This document shows, piece after piece, positions 1 to 8,017 of a stretch of 40,310 nucleotides of DNA (position 1 is its first letter; each line of letters opens with the position of its first letter). Origin of the DNA: a virus (Duplodnaviria; Caudoviricetes); the IMG/VR virus record IMGVR_UViG_3300011438_000021, positions 1-40,310 of that record. One strand, written 5' to 3'. The position numbers and the translations under genes were made by a program. The notes below the pieces were generated by a model that made no database searches, was not told the DNA's origin, and worked only from the letters and a program-made list of their open reading frames with translations.

Positions 1-58
1 CACCGCTGTCAGCCCAAGCAGAAGCAGAAGCAGAAGCAGAAGCAGAAGCAGAAGCAGA
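1..58. repeat. Terminal direct repeat, left copy (circular assembly overlap)
   Basis: 1-58 is identical to 40253-40310, and an ORF reads in frame across the junction. Confidence 0.95.
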
Positions 59-446
59 GACAAAGACAGGACCGGTCGCTACGCTCCCTCCCTCGGCTGG
101 CGCCTCGGCGGCGGCGTTTGAGGACTTCTGGCAGGCCTATCCCCGGAAGGTCGGGAAGGCCGACGCTCGGCGCTGGTGGACAAAACACAAGCCGACGCCC
201 GCAACCGTCGAGGCGATGGGCCGCACGTTGGCGTGGCAGACGCAGTCCGAGCAGTGGTTGCGGGAGGGCGGGCAGTTCATCCCGCACCCGGCGACGTGGC
301 TGAACCAAGGCCGCTGGGACGACGAGCCGCCCGTGGTGAATCGGGCTATTTCCGACACCCTGCGCCACAGCATCGCCTCTGGGCAGGTCGCCCTCGACAT
401 CATCACGGAACTTGACGCCCGGCGGGCGGCTAGAAAGGACGCCTGA
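3..446 (+). CDS. Phage replication initiator (lambda O/replisome-organizer-like), C-terminal part; continues from 39841
   Basis: In frame with the ORF starting at 39841 after circularisation (about 285 aa total); AEAEAE tract, FEDFWQAYPRKVGK and FIPHPATWLNQGRWDDE motifs typical of phage initiator C-domains. Confidence 0.85.
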   Translation, partial: PLSAQAEAEAEAEAEAEAETKTGPVATLPPSAGASAAAFEDFWQAYPRKVGKADARRWWTKHKPTPATVEAMGRTLAWQTQSEQWLREGGQFIPHPATWLNQGRWDDEPPVVNRAISDTLRHSIASGQVALDIITELDARRAARKDA

Positions 447-448
447 AA

Positions 449-1096
449 ATGACCACTGACGAGATGCCCGACTTTCTCAGTGCGCTCGTGACCCTCGCGG
501 AGCAGTTCCGCCAGACGCTGTCGGCGAGCCAGCAGGCGCGGTATTTCGACACCCTGCGCGACCTCCCGCTCGACGCCCTCGACCGAGCGATCACCGCCGC
601 GTCTGGGGCCTGCTCATTTTTCCCGCAGCCCGTCGAGCTTCGCGCCTTCGCGCAGGGCGGCACCGACGACGACCTTACAGAGGGTGCATGGATGGCGCTG
701 CGCCGGGCGATGCCGGTGCTGGGCTACGTCGCGTCGGTGTCCGTGCGGGACGCGGCACTGGGCGAGGCCATCCTCGCGGTCTTCGGCTCGTGGCCGGGGG
801 CCTGTCTCGCGGAGTTCTCGCCTGAAATGTGGGCGAGTAAGCGTAAGGAGTTTGGCCGGGTGTATCGCGTGCTGCGCTCGCGAGGCCTCACCGGGGGCCG
901 GTATCTGGTCGGCGCGACAGAGCAGCAGAACGCTGGGCGCCGGGACTGGCTGCGGTTTGTCCCGGTCGGACGCATCGAGGGCGACGGCACGGTGCAGCAC
1001 CTGACGTTCGCCGAGGCCGAGGTCGAGCGCCAGACGCTCGCGGCGGTCGCGTCGGAGGCGGGGCGCTTACACGCGACGTTCGGGGAGCGGTTATGA
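449..1096 (+). CDS. Replication-associated protein (helicase loader/inhibitor-like, DUF6475-like)
   Basis: Directly follows the initiator; YFDTLRDLP...FFPQPVELR helical N-domain resembles loader-type phage proteins. Confidence 0.6.
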   Translation: MTTDEMPDFLSALVTLAEQFRQTLSASQQARYFDTLRDLPLDALDRAITAASGACSFFPQPVELRAFAQGGTDDDLTEGAWMALRRAMPVLGYVASVSVRDAALGEAILAVFGSWPGACLAEFSPEMWASKRKEFGRVYRVLRSRGLTGGRYLVGATEQQNAGRRDWLRFVPVGRIEGDGTVQHLTFAEAEVERQTLAAVASEAGRLHATFGERL

Positions 1097-1407
1097 GCTA
1101 CGACGATTCACAACTGGTGCAGGCATTCCGGCAAGGGATGGCGCTCCGGCGCGAACTGGTCGCGAACGGGGCGACCCGCGCCGAGGCGGACCTTGCGCTG
1201 GCGAAGGTGCTGCGGGCGAACTGGCCCGTGCCGCCCATCGAGGACTGGCCTGACAAATACCGCCAGCCCCGGTGCGGTCAGTGCGACGGCTACGGCCTCG
1301 TGCTTCGCGAGGTGACGAACCGGCTGCGCCTCCGGGTGACCGAGGGCACCCCGTGCGCGTGCTGGGCGGGCGAGCGATACCGCCGCAAGACCACGGAGTC
1401 TTTATGA
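1093..1407 (+). CDS. Hypothetical protein with CxxC...CxC zinc motif
   Basis: ATGA overlap with upstream gene; CGQCDG and CAC motifs. Confidence 0.7.
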   Translation: MSYDDSQLVQAFRQGMALRRELVANGATRAEADLALAKVLRANWPVPPIEDWPDKYRQPRCGQCDGYGLVLREVTNRLRLRVTEGTPCACWAGERYRRKTTESL

Positions 1408-1733
1408 CCGAACCTGAGGTGGTCTGGCACGGCGCCCGCTGGCGCGACCTTGACGAGCGGCGGCACGCCCCGGCGCCCACGCCTGCCCCGCCGCGCCGGG
1501 TCGGGGAGAGTGCGACCGAGCGGGTCTTCGGCGCCCTGACGGGCGAGTGGGCGTCCGCCCCGGTCATCTCGGAGCGGGTCGGGCGGGCGCTGACCACGGT
1601 GCGCCCGATACTGGTCCGCCTCGCCGACGAGGGGCGCATCGAGCGCCTGCGGCGGGGCCACGACCCGACCAGCAGCGGCCTCGGGCCTCGCGAATACGGC
1701 TACCGCCTGCCGGTTGGAGGAGCACGACGTTGA
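1404..1733 (+). CDS. Winged-helix DNA-binding protein
   Basis: ATGA overlap; SAPVISERVGRALTTVRPILVRLADEGRIERL resembles a wHTH. Confidence 0.6.
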   Translation: MTEPEVVWHGARWRDLDERRHAPAPTPAPPRRVGESATERVFGALTGEWASAPVISERVGRALTTVRPILVRLADEGRIERLRRGHDPTSSGLGPREYGYRLPVGGARR

Positions 1734-1757
1734 CTGAGCACAGAAGGAGCCGACGCG

Positions 1758-2537
1758 ATGAGTGAACGATTCCAGCCTGTGCCGGTTCCACGCGGAGACG
1801 GGAGACACGACATTGGAGACGACATGCGTGCGGCGATCGTCCAACGGCTGATCGCGGATTGGAGTGCCGATCCCGATCTCACGCCAGAGAAGACGCGACA
1901 CTTAGCGATGTGGGCTGGTGCGTCCGTGCGGTCCCTCTTCCACGAGATGGGCACGTTGCGAGACATGGCACAGGAACACACACGCGACGCGGTGGAACCT
2001 CTGGGATCGAGCGCAGCCATCCCAAACGACGTATGGGAGACGTTGCAGCGACTGCCATTTGCGATCGCCCAATTGCGGCACGCCTATGCACAGTTAATTG
2101 GTGGGCATGTTCACGCGAAGCGGCAATTCGCTGACGGCCTTATCGCGCCGCAGATTCAAACACTAGAGCAGGTCGACGCCGCCTTAGCCCTCCTCCACCA
2201 GCAGCAGGCCGAGCCGTGCGTGTGGAGAGACATCGCCAGTGCGCCGAAGGATGGAACCGAACTACTCCTGCTCGAAGGCCGCAGGGTCGTCAGCGGTGCA
2301 TGGAATAGCGGCGGCGCGTTCCACATGCCGCATTGGATGGGCGGTAACTATCACCCGACTCACTGGATGTTCATCCCTTCTGACCATCTACAGGTTGCCA
2401 AGCCGTGTGTATGGAGAGAGGTGGATAGCCATTACGGATTATGGTCGCCTGCCTGTGTGAATAGCGCAGAGGCGCTTCATAACAGTTGGAAATATTGCCC
2501 CTACTGCTCTCACCCTCTACAGGTGCAGCGACCATGA
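1758..2537 (+). CDS. Cassette gene 1: multi-module protein with DUF551-like domain and C-terminal CPYC zinc ribbon
   Basis: WRDIASAPKDGT...PTHWMFIP (DUF551-like); PCVWR twice; ends CPYCSHPLQVQRP; SD GAAGGAG upstream. Confidence 0.75.
   Translation: MSERFQPVPVPRGDGRHDIGDDMRAAIVQRLIADWSADPDLTPEKTRHLAMWAGASVRSLFHEMGTLRDMAQEHTRDAVEPLGSSAAIPNDVWETLQRLPFAIAQLRHAYAQLIGGHVHAKRQFADGLIAPQIQTLEQVDAALALLHQQQAEPCVWRDIASAPKDGTELLLLEGRRVVSGAWNSGGAFHMPHWMGGNYHPTHWMFIPSDHLQVAKPCVWREVDSHYGLWSPACVNSAEALHNSWKYCPYCSHPLQVQRP
2509..2531 (+). repeat. Cassette junction motif CTCACCCTCTACAGGTGCAGCGA
   Basis: 23 bp identical to 9958-9980. Confidence 0.9.
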
Positions 2538-2824
2538 CCAAAAAACAGGCATACGAACGAATAGACCGAGGCGACCTGACGTGGGGGCATCTGAAGCACT
2601 ACATCGCCCAGTGCTTCGACCAAGATCGCGGTGCCGTCAGTGCGGTCAATCCAAACCTCACTCGCGGGCAAGCGCTGGACATACTGGCTACAGCGATTGA
2701 GCCTTGCGATGACAACGAACTATTGGTGTCACCGAGATTCACGGCAGCCCGAAACGCCAGAGCGAGTCTCATGGCTGTGAATGTGTTGCGCGAGACGCAT
2801 TTTCCTCTACAGGTGCAGCGATGA
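2534..2824 (+). CDS. Cassette gene 2, hypothetical (ends PLQVQR)
   Basis: ATG 2534 overlaps upstream stop; MTKKQAYERI...HFPLQVQR. Confidence 0.75.
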   Translation: MTKKQAYERIDRGDLTWGHLKHYIAQCFDQDRGAVSAVNPNLTRGQALDILATAIEPCDDNELLVSPRFTAARNARASLMAVNVLRETHFPLQVQR

Positions 2825-2825
2825 G
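2804..2825 (+). repeat. Cassette junction motif CCTCTACAGGTGCAGCGATGAG
   Basis: Matches the copies near 2513, 9963 and 10265. Confidence 0.9.
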
Positions 2826-3018
2826 CAGCTATCAATGGCGCGTTGGTGATGTGTTCACGAACGGCATCAATCGGTGGGTAGTAGATTCCGTCCAAGGTGA
2901 CAGGGCGGTCCTTCGTTCATGCTCATCGTCGTGGGCGACAACACGACTGCTGACGTTCAGTGAATGGCATGAAGGCCATCGATGGAAGCTGGAATCGGCA
3001 GAACAGGTGCAGCGGTGA
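2821..3018 (+). CDS. Cassette gene 3, small beta-rich hypothetical protein (ends EQVQR)
   Basis: Coupled ATGA start; 65 aa. Confidence 0.75.
   Translation: MSSYQWRVGDVFTNGINRWVVDSVQGDRAVLRSCSSSWATTRLLTFSEWHEGHRWKLESAEQVQR
3003..3018 (+). repeat. Cassette junction motif ACAGGTGCAGCGGTGA
   Basis: One mismatch to the consensus (GTG start). Confidence 0.85.
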
Positions 3019-3398
3019 CGAACAAAACACACTACGGTCGCCCACTCACGGCGAAAGTCGAAAACGGCCAACTCGTCATCGCTATCGGGGTACATGTGCT
3101 CGCGCACGCCGTCATCTATTCGGATTGGTCCCACGAATATGAAGAAAGCGGCGATCTGACGACGCATGGCGAATACATCCGCACTTTCGCCATTTCTGAC
3201 GCGCCACAGTTCGCGAAGGATGTCGTCAGCGCCATGCTGCACGAGCGCGAGGACGGCTCGACGCCCCTGTCCGACTTCATCGACAAGATATCACAGGCGG
3301 CGGTTGAGGACGGCTCGTTGGGCCTGTGTGAAGAAGACCATCGTATCGACCACGGGAAGACATCTGACTGCGAAACGTGGGCACAGGTGCAGCGATGA
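3015..3398 (+). CDS. Cassette gene 4, hypothetical (ends AQVQR)
   Basis: GTG start inside the junction motif; ...HEREDGSTPLSDFID... Confidence 0.75.
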   Translation: MTNKTHYGRPLTAKVENGQLVIAIGVHVLAHAVIYSDWSHEYEESGDLTTHGEYIRTFAISDAPQFAKDVVSAMLHEREDGSTPLSDFIDKISQAAVEDGSLGLCEEDHRIDHGKTSDCETWAQVQR

Positions 3399-3402
3399 GT
3401 GA
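3383..3402 (+). repeat. Cassette junction motif ACAGGTGCAGCGATGAGTGA
   Basis: 20 bp identical to 9968-9987. Confidence 0.9.
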
Positions 3403-3883
3403 CCAACTCACACGGTGGCGAAACACAACGCAACTGGCAACAGATACATGGGAAGTGCGGACAGTGCGGGCTGAGGAACCCCGCCACTGTGATGACCTCG
3501 TGTTGTTGGATGACGTGGAATCCGCGCTCACCACAGTCACCGAGCAGATCGCCACGAAGGACCGAAAGTTGTCCGAGATGACGGAGATGTACGCGGAAGC
3601 CGCCCGTGACGCGGAAGCCGCCGAACAGCGTCTCACCGAGGTCGAAGCCGAGCGGGACATGGTTGTTGAGCAACGGCAACGGTTCCGCGTACTGAGTGTT
3701 GAACTCAGTGACCAGATCGCCGCCCTCAAGGCCGAGCAGGAGCGGCTACGGGAGGCGCTGACTGGTCTACTCACTGCGTTGCCTGTGCTATGGGGCGATG
3801 CGGTGCGAGACGGACAGATCACCCTCTCGGTCAGTGAGCACCACATAGATGCCGCGCTGTCGCTCTCTGGGGACCACGCCTAG
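3395..3883 (+). CDS. Cassette gene 5, modular coiled-coil protein (Ead/Ea22-like architecture)
   Basis: Shares 117-bp and 39-bp DNA modules with 10282-10857. Confidence 0.75.
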   Translation: MSDQLTRWRNTTQLATDTWEVRTVRAEEPRHCDDLVLLDDVESALTTVTEQIATKDRKLSEMTEMYAEAARDAEAAEQRLTEVEAERDMVVEQRQRFRVLSVELSDQIAALKAEQERLREALTGLLTALPVLWGDAVRDGQITLSVSEHHIDAALSLSGDHA

Positions 3884-3884
3884 A

Positions 3885-4364
3885 ATGCCCCGCCGAGGCC
3901 CAAGGATGCCCCCAGAACGACGAACGCCGTCCCGGCGACCCTCTGCCTCACCCGGCGCCTCGACGTGCCCTGCGGCCTCGGAGCGCGTTGAGCAAAGTCA
4001 CATCGTCCAACTCGCCCGCAGCCTCGGCTGCGCGGTCACGGTGCTGGGGGTCACCCGGAAGGGCAGCGCCTGCCCGTCCTGCGGCGCGTTCGTCCGGGGC
4101 CACATGGGCACCCAGCAGACGCCCGGGATCGCCGACTTAGAAATCTGGATGCCGCCCCGAGGCGAGCGGCCTGCCGCCCTGCTCAAGTGGGAGGTCAAGG
4201 CCGAGGGCGGGCGCCTATCCCCCGAGCAGCGGGAGTATCGGGCGCTCTGCGAGGTGTCGGGCGTCCAGTGGGGCGTCGGCCCCTTCGCAGTGTTCGCGGC
4301 GTTCATGGCCGACTACGGGTTCCTGAAGCACGAGAACCTCCCCCACTATCGGCGCCCGACGTAA
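3885..4364 (+). CDS. VRR-NUC family (PD-(D/E)xK) nuclease / Holliday junction resolvase-like
   Basis: SERVEQSHI...PGIADL...WEVKAEGGRLSPEQ motif pattern; start uncertain. Confidence 0.75.
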   Translation: MPRRGPRMPPERRTPSRRPSASPGASTCPAASERVEQSHIVQLARSLGCAVTVLGVTRKGSACPSCGAFVRGHMGTQQTPGIADLEIWMPPRGERPAALLKWEVKAEGGRLSPEQREYRALCEVSGVQWGVGPFAVFAAFMADYGFLKHENLPHYRRPT

Positions 4365-4372
4365 ATCTCGAG

Positions 4373-4426
4373 CCGGTAGCGTTTCGGGCTTGACAGCCGA
4401 AAACGCTGCGGGTTAAGCTCCGGGGC
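4373..4426 (+). promoter_or_regulatory. Sigma70-like leaderless promoter with dyad operator
   Basis: TTGACA 4390-4395, 18 bp, TAAGCT 4414-4419, ATG at 4427; CCGGTAGCGTTT...AAACGCTGCGG imperfect inverted repeat around the -35. Confidence 0.8.
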
Positions 4427-4651
4427 ATGGCAAACACAACACTCGTCGTCGGCGACCGCGTGCGGTTCACCCAGAGTCTGAGCAATGGCGGCACGGCCAC
4501 ATGGACCGCCGTCGTCGTCCGGCTGAAGGCCAACGGCCTCGCGTCGGTGCGGCATCCGGCCCGCGTCCGCACGATTCCCTTCTCGCCGGTCCCTGCACCG
4601 GCCCTGTATCTGTATCGCGTCAGCGACCTGCTCCCAGCGGTGGTGCGCTAA
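4427..4651 (+). CDS. Small hypothetical protein (SH3-like beta fold possible)
   Basis: Leaderless start after the promoter; MANTTLVVGDRVRF. Confidence 0.75.
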   Translation: MANTTLVVGDRVRFTQSLSNGGTATWTAVVVRLKANGLASVRHPARVRTIPFSPVPAPALYLYRVSDLLPAVVR

Positions 4652-4851
4652 TGCGCCGCCAGCCGCGTGGCACCGTCAAGATCCCGACCGGCTCGTCCCT
4701 CCCCGAGGCGCTGCGCGAGGCTATCGAGCGCGACGGCCTGCGCTTCGACTGCTCCCACTCGTGGGTCATCGTCACGGCCCTCGGGGCCTTCTACGGCGTG
4801 GACGTCGTGTCGGCATGGGCGCCCCCGCGCCGCCGCCGGAAGGTCGCGTGA
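4651..4851 (+). CDS. Ribbon-helix-helix-like DNA-binding protein
   Basis: TAATG coupling; KIPTGSSLPEALREAIERDGLRFDCSHSWVIVTAL fits RHH/CopG spacing. Confidence 0.5.
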   Translation: MRRQPRGTVKIPTGSSLPEALREAIERDGLRFDCSHSWVIVTALGAFYGVDVVSAWAPPRRRRKVA

Positions 4852-5081
4852 TGGCGTTCACCCTCGCCGAACTACTCGGGCGCGTGCCGCCCCGGGTGGT
4901 CCCCCCGCCGCCGGTCGAGCGGCCCCGCTGCGCCGTCACCGGCAAGGCCTGCTTCCCCGACAAGGCCGAGGCCCTCGCGGTCGCCCGGCAGGTCAACGCG
5001 GGCGAACTGCACTGCAACCGGACCTATCGCTGCGATTTTTGTTTCCAGATCCACCTCGGGCGCCGGTCGCGTCGAGGCTGA
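4851..5081 (+). CDS. Small zinc-binding phage protein
   Basis: CAVTGKACF...YRCDFCFQIHL. Confidence 0.7.
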   Translation: MAFTLAELLGRVPPRVVPPPPVERPRCAVTGKACFPDKAEALAVARQVNAGELHCNRTYRCDFCFQIHLGRRSRRG

Positions 5082-5111
5082 CGATTGTGTGTCGGGGTGT
5101 GCAGATCGTGC

Positions 5112-5146
5112 TTGTATCCCACAACGCTATCGGTTAATCTCTAGAC
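5112..5146 (+). promoter_or_regulatory. Sigma70-like leaderless promoter
   Basis: TTGTAT-17-TAATCT, ATG at 5147; spacer AACGCTATCGGT. Confidence 0.75.
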
Positions 5147-5332
5147 ATGGTTAATCGCACTCGGCAAGACTGGTCGGTCGGTTCGGTCGTGAAGGTCGGC
5201 TTCCTCGCGCTGCGCGTGCTGGGCGCTCGGGCGGTGAAGGACGGCCTCCCCGACATTTACACGCTGGAGAGCCTCGACGGCGCCCGGCGCTATGAGTTCA
5301 TCCCCCACAACGGCCTCACGAGGATCAGCTAA
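5147..5332 (+). CDS. Hypothetical protein
   Basis: 61 aa behind the promoter; TAATG-coupled to the next gene. Confidence 0.75.
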   Translation: MVNRTRQDWSVGSVVKVGFLALRVLGARAVKDGLPDIYTLESLDGARRYEFIPHNGLTRIS

Positions 5333-5907
5333 TGGCAACGAAAATCACCTACGAGACGGTCACCTGCGGGCGCTGCGGCGGCTGCGGCCAATACAGCTAC
5401 TGCCAGATGTGGGGCAGCACCTGCTTCGGCTGCAAGGGCAAGGGCATCGTGCGGTCGAAGCGCGGCTGCGTGGCGGCGACGGCCTTCGACGCCGAGCGCC
5501 TGCGCCTCTGCGGCGTGCCGGTCGAGAGCATCGTCGTCGGCGACCGCGTCCTGATCGACGGGCGCTTCCGCACCATCGAGGCCGTGCGGACCTCGGGCGG
5601 GTCGCGGTTCATGCGCGACGGCGTGTGGGTGGACTACGTCAGCCTCCAGTTTACGAAGAAGTTGACGACCGGCCCGCAGGTCACGAGCCACGGCATGATT
5701 CCCGGCACGGTCATCGTAAAGGCCGAAGGCCCCGGCGTGTGGGACGCGCTCGTCGCGTTCGCCGACACGTTGCCCGGGGCGCTGCTCAACGGCGTGCCCT
5801 CGGCGGCGACCGTCGTGGCCGACGCCAAGGCCGCGAAGAGCGCCGCGACCCGTGCGGCCAACAAGGCCCGCAAGGCCGCGCTGCAGGCCGAGGCGGTGTC
5901 CCTGTGA
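5332..5907 (+). CDS. Hypothetical protein with DnaJ-type CxxCxGxG zinc finger
   Basis: CGRCGGCG...CFGCKGKG. Confidence 0.8.
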   Translation: MATKITYETVTCGRCGGCGQYSYCQMWGSTCFGCKGKGIVRSKRGCVAATAFDAERLRLCGVPVESIVVGDRVLIDGRFRTIEAVRTSGGSRFMRDGVWVDYVSLQFTKKLTTGPQVTSHGMIPGTVIVKAEGPGVWDALVAFADTLPGALLNGVPSAATVVADAKAAKSAATRAANKARKAALQAEAVSL

Positions 5908-6113
5908 GCCGCGTGAGCCGCCGCGACTTCGACCCGTCCGACGCGGTCATCGACGCCGTCCACGCCCTGCTCGACGTGGCTCTGTCCGACCTCGTGACCT
6001 CCGACGAGGCCTTTGTGGAGTGTCACCTCTGCGGCGAGGTGGACAGCCACACCGACCTTTGCCCCGTCCCGGCGCTCGTGCGCTGGCAGCGGTATGAGGA
6101 GCAGAGCGCATGA
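5904..6113 (+). CDS. Small hypothetical protein (CxxC...H...C)
   Basis: GTGA overlap; CHLCGEVDSHTDLCP. Confidence 0.6.
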   Translation: MSRVSRRDFDPSDAVIDAVHALLDVALSDLVTSDEAFVECHLCGEVDSHTDLCPVPALVRWQRYEEQSA

Positions 6114-6247
6114 GCCTCGTGGACGGCTTCCTCACCGTCGTGGTCGTCCTCGTCTGGAGCGTGATGAAGGCCTCGCTCGTGCTGGGCCTGCTCGGGTGCG
6201 CCGCGATGGCGGTCGGCGACTGCTTCTACGAGCGGCGGCGCCGATGA
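6110..6247 (+). CDS. Small membrane protein
   Basis: Not in the ORF track; MSLVDGFLTVVVVLVWSVMKASLVLGLLGCAAMAVGDCFYERRRR; ATGA overlaps at both ends. Confidence 0.6.
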   Translation: MSLVDGFLTVVVVLVWSVMKASLVLGLLGCAAMAVGDCFYERRRR

Positions 6248-6477
6248 ACGCCAACCAGAAAGCCATCTACGGCGACCTGCCGACCACCGCCGACCACTGC
6301 CGCAGGCACTGCGTCTGCCCCGTCTGCGGCGAACGCTTCAGCGTGTCCCGCCACGGGCGCGGCCCCGCCCGCGCCGTCGCGAGCCTCCTGCGCGGCATGG
6401 TGATGCGGCACCTGCGCGAGCGCCATCCCGAAGAGTTGTCGGTTCCGCTCGATTCTGTGCGGGAGTGTGCAGAATAG
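6244..6477 (+). CDS. C2H2-like zinc finger protein
   Basis: CPVCGERF...RHLRERH. Confidence 0.65.
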   Translation: MNANQKAIYGDLPTTADHCRRHCVCPVCGERFSVSRHGRGPARAVASLLRGMVMRHLRERHPEELSVPLDSVRECAE

Positions 6478-6479
6478 GC

Positions 6480-6508
6480 TTGCACCCAGAACCGCTACGG
6501 GTTAATAT
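6480..6508 (+). promoter_or_regulatory. Sigma70-like promoter of the same family
   Basis: TTGCAC-17-TAATAT; spacer AACCGCTACGGGT. Confidence 0.7.
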
Positions 6509-6553
6509 CTATGAATCGGGGTTGGGCATATCGCCCGCCCGTTGGAGACGCCC

Positions 6554-7117
6554 ATGACTTCCACGCCCGCCGCCGCTCCGCTCGTCGCCGTCACCGGGTT
6601 CCGCCTCGGGTTCACCAACACGAGCCGCTTCCCCTACGCCAGCGCCCGGCTCGCCTGCGGCCACTTCGCCTCCGTGGTGCTGGTCCCCCGCCGGGGCCAG
6701 TGCGCGACCTGCGGTGTCGAGCAGGAACTGACGCCCTCCGAGGGCAAGAGTTATCACGTCTGCTGCGGCACGAGCCACTTCCGCGCCCTCGGCACCTTGC
6801 CCAACCCGCACGTCGAGGCCGACCGGGTCACCAAGGTCGGCGACCTCGTCGCCTGCGAGCAGTGCGTGCGCGAGGATGAGGCCGAGGCCGAGGTCCGCGC
6901 CTTCGACCGCTCGACCATCTCGCACGTCCGCTTCCGCCCCTTCGGCGACAGCGGCTACCACACGTTCTACCGCCGCGACCCCTCGTCGCCCAGCGGCGTG
7001 CTGGCCTGCGGCTCGTGCCCGGCCACGCCCCGCTTCACCGCGCTGCTGCGCGAACTGGGCTACTCGGCCCTCTCGCCGACCGAGGGCCTCTACCGCTCGG
7101 GCGCCATCTTGAGCTAG
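6554..7117 (+). CDS. Cys-rich hypothetical protein
   Basis: SD GGAG then ATG 6554; LACGH, CATC, CC, CEQC. Confidence 0.75.
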   Translation: MTSTPAAAPLVAVTGFRLGFTNTSRFPYASARLACGHFASVVLVPRRGQCATCGVEQELTPSEGKSYHVCCGTSHFRALGTLPNPHVEADRVTKVGDLVACEQCVREDEAEAEVRAFDRSTISHVRFRPFGDSGYHTFYRRDPSSPSGVLACGSCPATPRFTALLRELGYSALSPTEGLYRSGAILS

Positions 7118-7129
7118 CCCGACACACCC

Positions 7130-7157
7130 GGGTGGGGCCGCGAGGCCCTGCCCTTTT
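7130..7157 (+). terminator. Rho-independent terminator
   Basis: GGGTGGGGCC-GCGA-GGCCCTGCCC followed by TTTT. Confidence 0.75.
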
Positions 7158-7171
7158 CTGGAGCCTCCGAT

Positions 7172-7369
7172 ATGATCCTGACCACCGCCCAGCAGATCGA
7201 AGCCCTCTCCATCCTGCTCGCGTTCGACTACCACGCAGGCCGCTTCTCGATGGACGCCGTCCCCAACGGCCAGCGCCTGCGCGACCGCCTGACGGCTCTG
7301 CTCGCCGAGGTCGCCGTCCTCCAGAAAATCGCCGCGACCCTCAACAGCGTCGAGCCGGTGCAGCGATGA
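7172..7369 (+). CDS. Hypothetical protein (ends PVQR through a partial junction motif)
   Basis: 65 aa; 3' end GGTGCAGCGATGAG. Confidence 0.7.
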   Translation: MILTTAQQIEALSILLAFDYHAGRFSMDAVPNGQRLRDRLTALLAEVAVLQKIAATLNSVEPVQR

Positions 7370-7488
7370 GCGGCCTGCTCTTCCTCGCCCTCGTCGCCCT
7401 CACGCTGATCGACGTGCGGCTCGTCTGCGCGGTCGCCTTCCTCGTCGGCCTCTTACAGTGGGACGCCGAGCAGCAGGCCCGGCCATGA
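7366..7488 (+). CDS. Small membrane protein
   Basis: MSGLLFLALVALTLIDVRLVCAVAFLVGLLQW. Confidence 0.55.
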   Translation: MSGLLFLALVALTLIDVRLVCAVAFLVGLLQWDAEQQARP

Positions 7489-7526
7489 TTGCGACGACCA
7501 ACACCGTTTCGGGTTATGCTATGGCT

Positions 7527-7709
7527 ATGGAAACGACCCTTGTGACCGAGAAGCCTGACCCGCCGAAAGAGAAGAACCCCGCTGCCGTCGCCCTCGGGCG
7601 CCTCGGGGGCCTCGCGGGCAAGGGCATCAGCACCCCCGCCCGTCGTCGCGCCGCGAAGCGCAACGGCAAGAAAGGCGGACGCCCCAAGAAGACCGAGGCC
7701 CCGCAGTGA
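7527..7709 (+). CDS. Small basic nucleic-acid-binding protein (KNPAAVALGRLGG type)
   Basis: KNPAAVALGRLGG...NGKKGGRPKK; TATGCT -10-like box 6 nt upstream of ATG 7527. Confidence 0.65.
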   Translation: METTLVTEKPDPPKEKNPAAVALGRLGGLAGKGISTPARRRAAKRNGKKGGRPKKTEAPQ

Positions 7710-8017
7710 GCGGCAAAGCCAAAGCCAAGGCCGCACTACCCACGCGCCCGGCGCGTCCGACCATCGGCGTCGAGCGCCGGGTCTGGACCGAGGCCGTCTG
7801 GTCCCAGTCCTTCACCGCCCTCCTGCGGGCCGCACAGGCCGGGCAGGACGGTCTGCGGGTGCTGGGCCTCACCGACGCGGATGGTGTCTCGCGCCGCGAC
7901 GACGGCACCGTCGAGGGCTGGGACCGCACCACAGGTGCCCCCATCCCCCTCACCGGCCTCGCGGTCCTGCGCCGAGGCGACCGCGACCTCGCCGTGCTCT
8001 ACGTGCAGGGCTGGTGA
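7706..8017 (+). CDS. Hypothetical protein
   Basis: GTGA coupling at both ends. Confidence 0.65.
   Translation: MSGKAKAKAALPTRPARPTIGVERRVWTEAVWSQSFTALLRAAQAGQDGLRVLGLTDADGVSRRDDGTVEGWDRTTGAPIPLTGLAVLRRGDRDLAVLYVQGW

Noticed and set aside
17-58. (GCAGAA)n as a phase-variable or contingency repeat
   Set aside because: The hexamer unit keeps the frame (AE repeats), and such tracts are common next to the origin in phage initiator genes. Its copy number may also be affected by the assembly junction.
1-58. Biological terminal repeat of the packaged DNA
   Set aside because: It falls in the middle of a gene and in a microsatellite, which is better explained as circular-assembly overlap.
2509-3402. 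CRISPR array or integron attC interpretation of the repeated junction motif
   Set aside because: The spacers are 200-400 bp intact ORFs rather than 30-40 bp spacers. There are no cas genes, no attC-type long imperfect palindrome with RYYYAAC/GTTRRRY ends, and no recognisable integrase.
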